This document shows, piece after piece, positions 40,530 to 51,799 of a DNA stretch of 64,000 nucleotides (position 1 is the stretch's first letter; each line of letters opens with the position of its first letter). This DNA is from Octopus sinensis (Eukaryota): assembly GCF_006345805.1 (NCBI RefSeq), contig NC_043012.1:15066001-15130000 (forward strand), given 5' to 3'. Under the pieces are notes generated by a model. It ran no database searches. It had not been told where the DNA came from and saw only the letters and a program-made list of their open reading frames with translations. A program made the translations under genes and the position numbers.

Positions 40530-40846
40530 CTATCTAGGATGAAATCCACTCAATCACACGCCAGATTTTACCATAACGATAAATACGCGTGTGGTTCAAT
40601 TGATTACATCCGACGTTATAATTCAAATGCCCCAACTAACATTAGTATCTAATTCTCTCACCCTTATTAATTAATTATAATTATGCTGCATTTATTTCTA
40701 AATGCTGTATTTGTTTTCCGTGAAAGTTTGGCGCGCTGTTAGTTGGGGCATTTGAATTAAACGTCGGATGTAATCAATTGAACCACACGCGTATTTATCG
40801 TTATGGTAAAATCTGGCGTGTGATTGAGTGGATTTCATCCAGATAG

Positions 40847-40928
40847 TTTTGGCTGAGGAGCTACAAGTGGATTTTTTTGTAAGTAAAATTACATTTAATT
40901 CATTAATAGCGAAACAATTGTCCCAAAA
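40847..40928 (+). ncRNA. Type I hammerhead ribozyme (Penelope-associated type)
   Basis: Stem I TTTTGG/CCAAAA; core CTGAGGA 40853-40859; stem II GCTA/TAGC; GAAA 40911-40914; palindromic stem III ACAATTGT; GUC cleavage after 40922. Confidence 0.85.
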
Positions 40929-41229
40929 TAATCTGTATTTTTGTTATTTTTTATTTGCCCTGTCCGTGTGAGCTAACAATCGTACTGACTTTCATGGGAA
41001 ACATGTATTTTTGTGGTTGAAACCTTTTGGATTAACTGGTGCTAGAGTGAGCCATATAGTGACCACTCTCTTATATTTATTTTGTAAAAATATTATAATA
41101 TATTATAAAATATTATAATAATCCAGGTTTCTCGGAGCACTAGGCCACTTGGTGTTGAATAGATATACTATTAAATTAGTATCTAATTCTCTCACCCTTA
41201 TTAATTAATTATATATATATATATATATA

Positions 41230-41789
41230 TTACAAATTAAGATAGGGGTTGTGAGTGCAACCCACCATGGGATAACATATATCCAATATACTGCCAGTAA
41301 AGCATCCAACAAAGTTAATACATAAATGTTAAGAATTGCGATGCAATTAATTCATTTATTGTATTATACGGGCGAAGGTAAAATGTTTTACCTCAAATTC
41401 ATAATACAAAATAAGAAAATGGAGAAATACACCTTAATCAATAATCAACTACCAGATAATACCCATTCACATAATTTATTAACCAACTACATATGAACAT
41501 CAAGGTCAAACATAATAGTACAGAACAAAACAGCGCACATCAATGAGTAATATGATACAATAAGTACAATATGTATAAATAAATATAAATATAAACTATA
41601 TCTTACAGTCGTATATATATAATTTAAAATTAAATAGAAGGTCTGAAAACTACCTGATGAATGTCCTTAGAAGTAACAAGAAACAATTGTAGTGGATAAC
41701 TTAATTTTATTTAATTTATATAAAATTTTTTTATGTATTGGATTAAGTCTTTCTTTGTTTGATTTGCATAATACTGGTTTTGTCTCTAA

Positions 41790-41790
<1 letters not shown>
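41230..41790 (+). mobile_element. Penelope-like non-coding segment with hammerhead, between (TA)n tracts
   Basis: Its 5' half is homologous to ~2120-2385 (-). Hammerhead motif at 41650-41695. Confidence 0.6.
41650..41695 (+). ncRNA. Hammerhead ribozyme motif, weakened stems
   Basis: CTAC/GTGG stem I; CTGATGA 41654-41660; stem II TGT/ACA with a terminal A-A mismatch; GAAA; ACAATTGT; GUA. Confidence 0.6.
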
Positions 41791-41820
<30 letters not shown>

Positions 41821-42091
41821 CTAATTTATATATATTAGTATGGCGATAACTATAATTTATATATATATATATATATATATCATCATCATCATCATCGTTT
41901 AACGTCCACTTTCCATGCTAGCATGGGTTGGACGATTTGACTGCAGACTGGCGAACCAGATGGCTGTACCAGACTCCAATCTTGATCTGGCAGAGTTTCT
42001 ACAGCTGGATGCCCTTCCTAACGCCAACCACTCCGAGAGTGTAGTGGGTGCTTTTACGTGCCACCAGCATGGGGGCCAGTCAGGCGGTACG

Positions 42092-42600
42092 ACCATATAT
42101 TCTGATTGTTGGGGTGCGTGCAATGGTATTACTGAAATGGAGAGCTGGTAGAAACGTTAGCACGTCGGGCGAAATGCTTAGCGGTATTTCGTCTGCCGTT
42201 ACGTTGTGAGTTCAAATTCCGCCAAGTCGACTTTACCTTTCATCCTTTCGGGGTCGATAAATTAAGTACCAGTTACGCACTGGGGTCGATGTAATCGACT
42301 TAATACCTATGTGTGTCCTTGTTTGTCCCTTCTATGTTTAGCCCCTTGTGGGTAATAAAGAAATAGGTATTACTGAAATGGATGTGACCCTTCAAGGTGA
42401 ACCATTCAGAAAACTTCGTAGATCCAAAAACAAATGTCCACAAATTCTGTTGAATGTTACTGGAAGAACGTAAAAAGACGTTTTAAGAGTATGATGGGCG
42501 GACACACAGACATGGTTGAATAATAACTAGATGAAAGGTGAGAACACTGGAAAAAGTGAATGTTTTGAAAACATTGTGAAGCGCCTTTCAGAATGTGCTC
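42092..42600 (+). mobile_element. Merlin (IS1595/ISXO2-like) transposase relic
   Basis: After removing the SINE: TIYSDCWGA.NGITEM..../FKVNHSENFVDPKT.VH../SVECYWKNVKRRFK. Confidence 0.8.
42142..42365 (+). mobile_element. SINE family B inserted in a Merlin transposase relic
   Basis: Flanked by the 17-bp direct repeat GGTATTACTGAAATGGA (42125-42141 and 42366-42382). Confidence 0.85.
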
Positions 42601-42949
42601 ATCCAGTTTTCAATGATAATTAGAAAATAAAATCCATTTTTGCCATAAATTAATAAAAAGTTAATAGTTTTTAATGTTTGCACATTTTGGGTAATTTTAG
42701 CCAATCAATAACCAGACGTATTGGTGTCTGTTTCCATAGTAACAAGCCATAGAGTCTAAGACAACCAAATATGAACCATTTTGTTGCACGTTGGTTGGAT
42801 TACTCGGTTATTCTGCGAACGTTGTGAAAGTAAGTCGCTGTATTTTGTGTTGTTGATTCGAACTGTTTATTGCATTTTGTAAAGCAAATTGTTATTAATT
42901 TCTCCCCGCGGGGAAATTATTATTGTTGAATTATTATTGTTAAACTGTA

Positions 42950-43420
42950 ATTATTTTTGTGTCGAAACGGTTTTTCAACATTATGGAGTGAAGAGAACTC
43001 GCCAACTTGATGCGTTGATGGATATATGTCTGTGTTTGTAACAGGCGAAGAAGGAAAAATCCAAAAAGTAGCAACCCAAAAAATTAAACTTTGCAGAAGC
43101 AGCCGGGAAGAAGGAAAGTACAATTGATATTGAAATTGAGAATCTAAGTGCTACATGAACAGTGAGTTTTCAAAGTGTGTCACGAGACCAGACATGTTTT
43201 TCTTTATGACAAGATTGGAACATAAGGGAGGAATGCATACACCAGTCGGTTTCTCCCAGGAACCACAATGTTCAGTAATTTGAGGAGTGCCTACTCTCAC
43301 ATTCCTGGAATTGACGGTTATAATTTTCAACAGAGAACAGTTGAGCCCAGGGCTGAGTTTATGAATCCCAAAGATGGCACCAACATGCAACACGTGGAAG
43401 CAGACGGGCCAGTAAGAATT
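42950..43420 (+). mobile_element. Second, more diverged Merlin-like transposase relic
   Basis: FLPGTTMFSNLRSAYSHI...GYNFQQRTV....EFMNPKDGTNMQHVE aligns to the ISXO2 PGT.I.SD...AY...H.TVNHS..FV.P..G.HTQ.IE pattern. Confidence 0.6.
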
Positions 43421-43429
43421 TAGAAGCTG

Positions 43430-44300
43430 CTTCTTTTGGTGATTTTTGTGAAGAAACTGGACCAAGTCACAGTCTTTCCCAAGAGATCAAAGCTTTAGAC
43501 TATTTCCTCTTTTGCGCCTGTTTGAAATAATTAGAGCAGAAACAAACTGTTACGCTGAAAGTCAACAAAGTGAAAAATAAGGATAGTTTGTGGTTTCACA
43601 CAAGCTCAAATGAAATTAGAGCTTATTTTGCCATAAATATTATTATGGGCATTAGAAAGCTACCTAGAATAACAAACTACTGGAGTAGTGATGAACCCTT
43701 TGGAAATGAAAGAATAATGACAAGGACACGGTTTTTAAAATTGACTCAGTATTTACATACAAGAGACACAAGCAGTACACTAGTATGTGGAGAACCAGAC
43801 TTTGATCCCTTATTTAAAATAAAACCCCTCATTGACTATTCAAAACATATAAAACTGTATAAACCAGGGAGATATTTATCTATTGATGAGGGTGGGCTAC
43901 AAAGGCAGAGTGCGTTTTCGACAGCCAGGAAAGCCCACAAAATGGGGGAATCAAAAGTGTGGAAGATTTCCAAATCGAATACTGGGTACTGCACTGGATT
44001 TGAATTTTATACTGGCAAAAGTGGCAATTATGTTAGTCAACAGGAGCTAGGGTATGATGTGGTCTGGAATTTATCACTTCCGTACCATAACCAGGGCCAT
44101 ATATTATTTTTTGACCAGTTTTACAGTTCGGTCAAACTTGCAGAGAATTTAGATACTTTGGCAACACATACGTGTGCTACTGTGATCGCCAGTAGAAAAG
44201 GACTGCCTTTCGATATAAAAAAAGACAAAATTAAAAATAGACAAAAATGTTGCATTCACAGAACAATCGGACAACAAAGAAACCTACACAGAAAAGCAAA
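43430..44300 (+). mobile_element. piggyBac (PGBD4-like) transposase relic
   Basis: EIRAYF.I.I.MGI.KLP....YWS, M.R.RF....YLH, DPLFKIKPLID, LSIDE, LFFDQFYSS motifs, with frameshifts. Confidence 0.88.
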
Positions 44301-44697
44301 CGGTGCGCAGGAAGAAACATTGCTTCATCGAATCACTAATGAACAAGGCCAACAGTACTGAATTGGGAGACCTAATCAGATTCGCCAAAAACAACAGATG
44401 TTCAAACGAAAAAGGAACGGCAAGACATATATACAAACACAACTGACTCAACATTGAAACAGTCGCCATACCAATATAGCAACAAATACAGCAAAAATAC
44501 GAGCTTTTTGCAGTTATGAATTACAGATACTATACCATAAAAACATCCCTAAACATATACAAAATGGCTAAAACGTCACCGCTTCGATCCAGAACAATTT
44601 GCCCAACACACATTCGAAATCTGCCATAAAATCAATCCCAAAATCAACGGACTACACATCACGGGCGCATCGAACAGCCGTAAATCTTATGTATTAA

Positions 44698-45700
44698 CCC
44701 CTTCGTTACTAATCTGGCCGTAGCCAGCCAAAAGGTTTATTGGTTCATAAGACCGACTGAGGTTTTAGCTGGCCCACAGCACCCATTGTTCTTTAAATTT
44801 AAACCCAAACCTCGTTGGTACATTCGTTAAAACATGTGATTTCACTTTGCTAACAGCTGAGTTATTGTATCCGACATTATTTGCCATGATATTAGAACTC
44901 AGTGAATTTTGGAAGATTTTTTTTTGTACATTTTTATCGGCGTTAATTCTTTTCAACTTTGAAAATGGAGAGGAGTTATATGCTATCAAGCAGTGATTCT
45001 GAATTTGAAGGCTTTTCAACGGAAGATGTGGAGATATTGAGGAAAAGAATGAATGAGGTGCAAAAGAACGTGGTGGACAAAAATGAACGAGATATTTCTG
45101 TATTCGAAACCGAAAGCAATTCTGAAGAAACTGAAAGCAATGACAGACAGCGAGGATAATTTTACACCAAGTTTTTATTAATTTTCTGAGGAGACAGGGT
45201 CTACCCATAGTCTTTCTAAGGAAGCAAAACCATTAGACTTTTTCTTTTTATTCTTTCCAGCATGCTTCTTTTGAAGCAATCTCTGCGGAAACAAACCGTT
45301 ACGCAGAATGTAAACAAGCTGGAAGAAAAGATAGCTTGTGGTTTCCTACAACCGTAGACGAAATACGGGAATTTTTTTGCCATACATATTATTATTATGT
45401 GTATAAGGCAGTTACCCAGAATTACAAATTACTGGAGCAATCAGGAACCTTTTGGCGATAAGTATATTTCCAGTATTATGACCCAAATACGATTTATAAA
45501 ACTGAACCAATATTTACATGTGAGAGACACTAGCAGTGTGTGGAGAACCTAACTTTGATCCCTTATTTAAAATAAGACCCCTCATTGACTGCGTTCAAAA
45601 TGCATATGAAGCATTTTACAACCCTGGGAGATACTTATCCATTAATGAGGGCATGGTGGGGGTATAAAGGAAGGGTACGCTTCCGACAGTATATGCCATG
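44698..45700 (+). mobile_element. 5' part of a second piggyBac element, truncated at the Gypsy insertion
   Basis: TTAA|CCCC left end (44694-44701), acidic SDSEFEGF N-terminus, and the same YWS / DPLFKI.PLID motifs. Confidence 0.8.
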
Positions 45701-45715
45701 TATATATATATATAT

Positions 45716-47961
45716 TGTGGTGTTAGCAGTCGGTGTTATGGGACGTGATGAGCTACGTGGTGCTGGTGGAGAGGATGACAGATGAGGTGGGCGGAAGTAG
45801 GACTTGCAGGGTGCATGTGGTCATCGACGAAGCGGGCCAGTTCAAGCATAGACGACGAAGCTATGGGCCTCAAGCTATGGAGAGACAAGGCCGGCACATT
45901 GGTGTTCCGGTGAGGGAATGAGAATCCCGAACTAGGCGCCAGCATGAGTAGACGGGAACTGTTCTCTGTGTGTGGGAAGCTGGTGGGACACTACCCGATT
46001 GCAGGATGGCTCCAGACAGCATATAGCTTCATCAAGAGACGAGCCGAAGGAGTGAAGTGGAATGATAGAGTGGGGGAGAAGACGACCAACATGATACAGG
46101 AAGTCTTGGTCAGAGTAAGAGCAGAGGACCCAGTAAGGGGCAGTTGGTATGTTCCCAAATCAAAGAGCGGGATTGTATGGTGTGACGCCAGTAGCATCAC
46201 AATAGGGGTTGTCTTAGAAGTGGGAGGTGTCATGGTGGAAGATGCAGCCTGGCTCAGGAAGATGGATGACTGCAATCATATCAATGTGGTGGAGTTGGAT
46301 GCCGTGTTGAAGGGGGTGAACCTAGCCTTGAAGTGGGGGTTGCATACCATAGAAATCAGGACTGATTCGGCCACTGTACTTGGTTGGGTGACAGCAGTCA
46401 TCACCAATGAGCGGAGGGTGTGGACCAAAGGGGCTGCAGAGATGCTGGTAAAGCGTTGATTGGGGATACTGCGTGAACTAACCACTAAGTTCAATCTGAA
46501 GCTGAGCGTGATTTTTTTGCCTTCCAAGAAGAACAGGGTGGATGTCCTGACCAGGGTAAAGCGAGCCTGGTTGCAGGTGCCAGAGGATGCGAAGCAGGCT
46601 GTAGCTGCAGTATGTTGTCTGAGTGACTCGGAGTTGCAGAGATTGCATACCATGCATCACATGGGTGTGGACAGGACATTGTTCCTAGCCAGAAAAATTG
46701 ACTCTGATGTAACAAGACGGAGTGTGCAGAGAGTGGTGAGCAGCTGTGACAGGTGCCAGTCCATCGACCCTGCTCCGGGTGTACATGAGGCGGGAAGTAT
46801 TGCGGTGGACATAACACACTACCGGCTGGGGACATACCTCTCAATGGTTGACTGCGGACCGGGGCGGTTGGCAATATGGAGGGAGATGAAGACGGGGACC
46901 GCAGAGGAAATTACGAAAGTATTGAATGAGCTATTCCTGGAACGAGGCCCCGTGGATGAACTGCTTCTAGATAATGGCACTGCATTTCACTCGGAGGTGC
47001 TGAAAGAAATATTTGATGGGTGGAAGGTCAACTGCTTCTTCAGGGTGGCATACTGGCCAAGTGAAAATGGGGTGGTGGAAAGGTATCATCGTACCATCAA
47101 GACCATGGTAGAGAGGGGTCACATTTCACCAATCGAGGCTGTATTTTGGTACAATATGTCGCCCAGATCAGACAGGCTGAGGAGTCGGTGCAACACAGGG
47201 CAATATTCAGGTACGAGTGGAGGCATCCGTGTACTGCATCAATGCGACCCGGGGCAGAGGAAGAGCACGCCTTCGTGCAGGTCAGGGAAGAAGTTTGGGT
47301 AAAACCCCAAAAGCACAGTGTACATCACGATGGGGAAAGGGTACAATAACCTCTATAAATTCGAAGAACAACATCTCTGTCGATGGTATGCCACGCCATG
47401 TTTTGGATATACGGAAGATTGTCCATGCCTTAGAGGATGGAACCAGCAGCAGTGGGCAAGAAGATGAAGACAACATCAGTAGACAAGATGATGAAGCCAG
47501 CAGCAACATGCCAGGAACCAGTCCTAGGGTCGCACTGCGACCAGAGAGGGAACGGCACCCTCCTCCCTGGTTGGCTGATTATGAAACCAGTTAAGGTGTG
47601 AGTTCGGGAATGCTGGTTCAGTGATCTGTAGATCAGGAGGGCGTGTGGTGTTGGCAGTCAGTGTTATGGGACATGATGAGCTATGTGGTGCTGGTGGAGA
47701 TGATGACAGATGAGGTGGGCGGAAGTAGGTCTTGCAGGGGCCGGTGGAAGACTGCAGGGTGCATGTATGGCAGGAAGCGGAAGCAGTCAAGCAGGACGCA
47801 CGTGTGGTCATCGACGAAGCAGGCCAGTTCGAGCATAGATGATGAAGCGACAGGACGTGTCGAATTCGTGAGAGACCGCTGATTTTCGTCAAGGAAGACC
47901 TTTTGTATTTCTTTCTCCCGTTGCTTCTTCTTCTGTTGTCCTTTTCATCCATCACACTACA
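45716..47961 (+). mobile_element. Internally deleted Gypsy-type LTR retrotransposon
   Basis: Truncated 5' LTR (45716-45861) and full 3' LTR TG...CA (47644-47961) preceded by a purine tract. RT end, RNase H and integrase in Gypsy order. (TA)n on both sides. Confidence 0.9.
45870..47200 (+). pseudogene. Disrupted pol (RT C-terminus, RNase H, integrase)
   Basis: WCDASS / ELDAVL / TDSATV (RNase H); HHMG..C..C zinc finger; VDIT / LDNG / ERYHRTIK catalytic D-D-E. In-frame TGA at 46457-46459. Confidence 0.85.
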
Positions 47962-48549
47962 TATATATATATATGTTAGTTAGTTAGTTAATTTTTTTGG
48001 CTCAAAAAGCAAAAACATGTAGGGGGACATGGAGTTATGTACAGGGTGGTGTTCATGTAAAGAGTTCAGGCCACTTGAGGTCAAGGGAGACTTTGAACCG
48101 AGCGGTCGTCGGCATCTTCACCATCTCGTCTGGCAGCTTATTCCACGGATCCGCAACCCGGACGGAGAAAGCACCTCTCCTTCGATTGATATATATATAA
48201 AAGAATACAAAATATGTGACAAGAATGCAACAGGCAACAACAAGACATCCAGACAGCTAGATGATAGAAAAAGGGACAAGAAAAAACAAGGGCAGGTCAT
48301 TCATAGTTTTCTTTCATCAGCAGTAGCTTGAGAGCCAGCATGTGTGGAGATCACAGCTGGCAGTCCTAACAGTTCAGATAGATGACTCTTTATGAGGCAT
48401 ACTCCCAGTCAGCTCCCAGTGACAGCAGATGTCTGCCAACAGGGCATCTAACAAATCTGGCATGAACACATAGAATTCATAGGGCAGGCCATCCAAACCG
48501 GGCAATTAGCGATTTGTGCAATTGCTCATCACCTCCTGTATTTCAATGG

Positions 48550-49841
48550 CCTTTTTTTACTTTTCTTTCAATTGCTGCAAAACTGTACAACAAACTGATT
48601 CTAAATCGTCTTGTCCTTTTTGTTGAACCTTTGCTCCGAAAGAACCAAAATGGATTCAGACATGGGCACTCAATGCTGAGCCAGATACTATGCCTACGCA
48701 GACTTATTGAAGAATCAAAAGCATTTAATCACGATCTTGCAATGGTATTTGTAGACTTTTCTAAAGCGTTCGATTCTGTAGATAGGTACAAGATGTTTGA
48801 AATCCTTAAGCTCTATGGAATACCAGACAAAATCATTTCTGCCATCAAGGTCCTCTACACAGATACATCTTCAACCATCTTAACCCCTGATGGAGAAACA
48901 TCATCTTTCTCAATCAAAGCCGGAATACTGCAGGGAGACACACTTGCCCCATTTCTTTTCATCATTGTCGTTGACTATGTGCTACGTATGTCAGTTGATA
49001 CCATCTCTGGCAAGGGCTTTGAAATAAAACCAAGAAGTTCCAGACACCCAGCTGATTACTTGACTGACACTGACTTTGCTGACGACATCGCTCTTATCAG
49101 TGATTCTCTCTCCAATGCCCAGTCTCTTTTACAATCTCTCGAACAAGCCTCAAATTGTGTAGGTCTTTACCTCAATGAGGCCAAGACTGAATATATAAAC
49201 AAGTGCCTGTCCAACAGTGATTGCATCATCCATACTCTCAACAATGCGCCCTTAAATATGGTTTCTGATTATAAATATCTTGGGTCATACATATCATCAT
49301 CCGGAAAAGATTTTCTAACTAGAAAGGGTATGGCCTGGTCAGCCTGTAATGACATGCATAAGATCTGGTCATCAAATCTAAGTAGAGACTTCAAACTTGA
49401 AATCTTCAAAGCCACAGTCGAACCAATTCTACTATATGGCTCAGAAACCTGGACGTTATCAAAGAAGCTTGAGAGGCGGGTGGATGGAACCTACACTCGC
49501 CTCCTTATGAGAGCTCAAAATCTCTCGTGGAAGCGCCATCCAATCAAAATGCAAATATATGGGAAACTACCACCTGTGTCATCTCTTGTGAAAGGTAGGA
49601 GAGTCCAGTTTGCTGGACATTGTTGTAGAGCTGAAAAAGAAGTAATTTCTACTCTTCTCCTCTGGAAGCCATCTACTTGCAATACCAGCAAGCGCACATT
49701 CTCCTACCTTGATGTAATCTCCAGGGATACAGGCATCCAGCAACAGGACCTCCGTAATGCCATGATGGACCGTGAAGTCTGGCGTAGCATAGTAAATTGC
49801 ATTGTCTCGACCACGGTCGAACAATGATGATGATGATGATT
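48550..49841 (+). mobile_element. 5'-truncated RTE-clade LINE with an uninterrupted RT ORF
   Basis: QNGFR, FVDFSKAFDSV, GILQGDTLAPFLF, FADDIAL, YKYLGS, LLYGSETW motifs. Stop at 49825-49827 runs directly into a (TGA)n tail. Confidence 0.92.
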
Positions 49842-50141
49842 GACTTTTTGCAGAACCTCAAGTCCGTTGGCAAGGGCCATGGCAGGCAGCCCAGGATTGA
49901 ACTAAAGTCCACTACCATTGCCGACCCAGTCATCCATGCCCATCTCAATCTGTCAAAGACCTGATTGTTGTTTGGTTGTCACATCGTGTCCCTACTCTTT
50001 GGGCCCACTGGAAGGTTTTAGCTTTTCATGTTTTAGTGTACGGGCCTTAGCTCTGATAATGTAGCTTTCATGTTTTACCTTAAAGAAATGGTCAAGGGCC
50101 ATTCTCACTGCTAGCAACATCAGCCATTATGCCTTTACTAA

Positions 50142-51638
50142 CACTGGGTAACAAGAAAAATGTTTTGTCATGCTATTTAAACTTTTTCAGCTGATTTAAG
50201 GTAATTTTAGGGTGCTGAATCCGAATCTGACATTAGTTTTCAAACACCTTTTGTAGTTTTTTAGTTATTCATAGCATCAGATTTTCCAACCAATTGATAA
50301 TATTCACTAAGTAGTAGGCTATTTCCTTTTGATTTTCATTCATATACTAATTACTGAAACAAAAATAAATGCTGATAGAGGCAAATGTAGGCTATCGGTT
50401 AAATTGCCTCACAAGACGAGAATTTATTTTACTTTGTTATCGCTGTAATTATAGTAAAGTTCTCCTCACAGTAGGCTATTGATATTAGGTTATAGTAAGA
50501 CTCTTCATAGAGTCCAGCAAAGCAAGCCTAAAAGTTGTTTTGCTGCACAATGGCAATCAAAAAACTTCAATACCACTAACACATGCTGTAGGACTAAAGG
50601 ATAAAATTTTGCACTTGATTAACTATTCTGAGCACAAGTGGAATATATGCTGGGACTTGAAAAGAGTTTGTTTGCTTCTTTGGTTGCAAATGACATACAC
50701 AAAGCATCAGGGCTTTTGCGCCTTTGGAACAGTAGAGATGATAAGCATCACTATGATCAAAAAGAGTTGCCAAATAGAAGTGATTTTGCTCCAGGGAGAT
50801 ACAATGTTAAATATATTCCTTTAGTTCACTCTCAGAACATTTACCTTCCCCATCACTTGGTTTGTTCAAGAAATTTGTTAATCTCAGTGAAAAATTTATT
50901 TCTAGCAAGAGTGAAGCTAAGATCAAAGCTAGTGCTTCTAATGGATCGGAAATTCACACACTAATTTGTGATGAGCTTTTTCAAGAAAAATTAAGCCCAG
51001 TAGAGAAAACTACTTGGGAAAAGTTTGTTTTCTCTTGTAAAAAATTTTGGGAAATGAAAAATCATCTATGTTGCAATTGTGAATGATTTCTTGAAAGCTT
51101 ATAAGCAACTCAGAGCAAGAATGTCTCTAAAAATTTGTTTTCTCCACTCTCATTTTGACTTTTCCCCATCCAATATGGGTGATGTAAGCAATGAGCATGG
51201 TGAACAATTTCATCAAGAAATCAAAGAACTTGAAAGCCGCTATAGTGGCAGACTTACACCAAACATGCCGATGGACTATTGCTGGTTTTTAAAATGAGAA
51301 ACGGACATGCAACATAAGTGTAATAGATGCCAAAGCTATTTTTGGAAAACATAAAATTAATATTCGCTTTACACTTTTGTTTTGTGTTTTATTGGTTTTA
51401 GAGTTATTTGTCCACCAAATTGTTCTTATACCAAATAACGGTAATTTACACTTAACATAACATTCATCTTATTTGTCATGAATTTTCACATTATTGTAAT
51501 TTTGATAGCAATATAATAATGACAGCACAAAAACGTGACATGCTAGAGCAAAAATGATTGCAGATTCGGGATCAGCACTCCCGAATTACCTATGAGTACC
51601 ATTTCATTTAATAGTAATACAAATTTTGTGGCCTAGTG
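50142..51638 (+). mobile_element. Chapaev3-type (CMC) DNA transposon, decayed
   Basis: CAC...GTG termini (CACTGGGTAACAA / TTGTGGCCTAGTG) and 3-bp TAA TSD. Transposase motifs YTKHQ.F, NIYLP, MSLKI.FLHSH.DF.P.N.GDVS.EHGE.FHQEI, DYCWFL. Confidence 0.75.
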
Positions 51639-51799
51639 TAATTACCTCTTCTAGTTTTCTAACTAGTTCTCCCTCTAATCTATTTTTTTCTCTTCTAACT
51701 CTTTGCTAAATGCTATTGATTCTACTCTAATTGTCTTCTTCAGGGTGCTCCACCACTGATTGTTGACATTTCCCCCCCCCCCCTCAACTGCTGCTTAAC

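Larger units (their letters stand above)
40294..41083. mobile_element. Penelope-like fold-back element
   Basis: ~348-bp arms (40294-40641 / 40737-41083) differing by a few 1-nt indels, 95-nt spacer, hammerhead in each arm, starts at (TA)n. Confidence 0.75.

Noticed and set aside
45991-47955. Multiple antisense ORFs over the Gypsy element
   Set aside because: Shadow ORFs of a GC-richer pol/LTR region with no recognisable domains.
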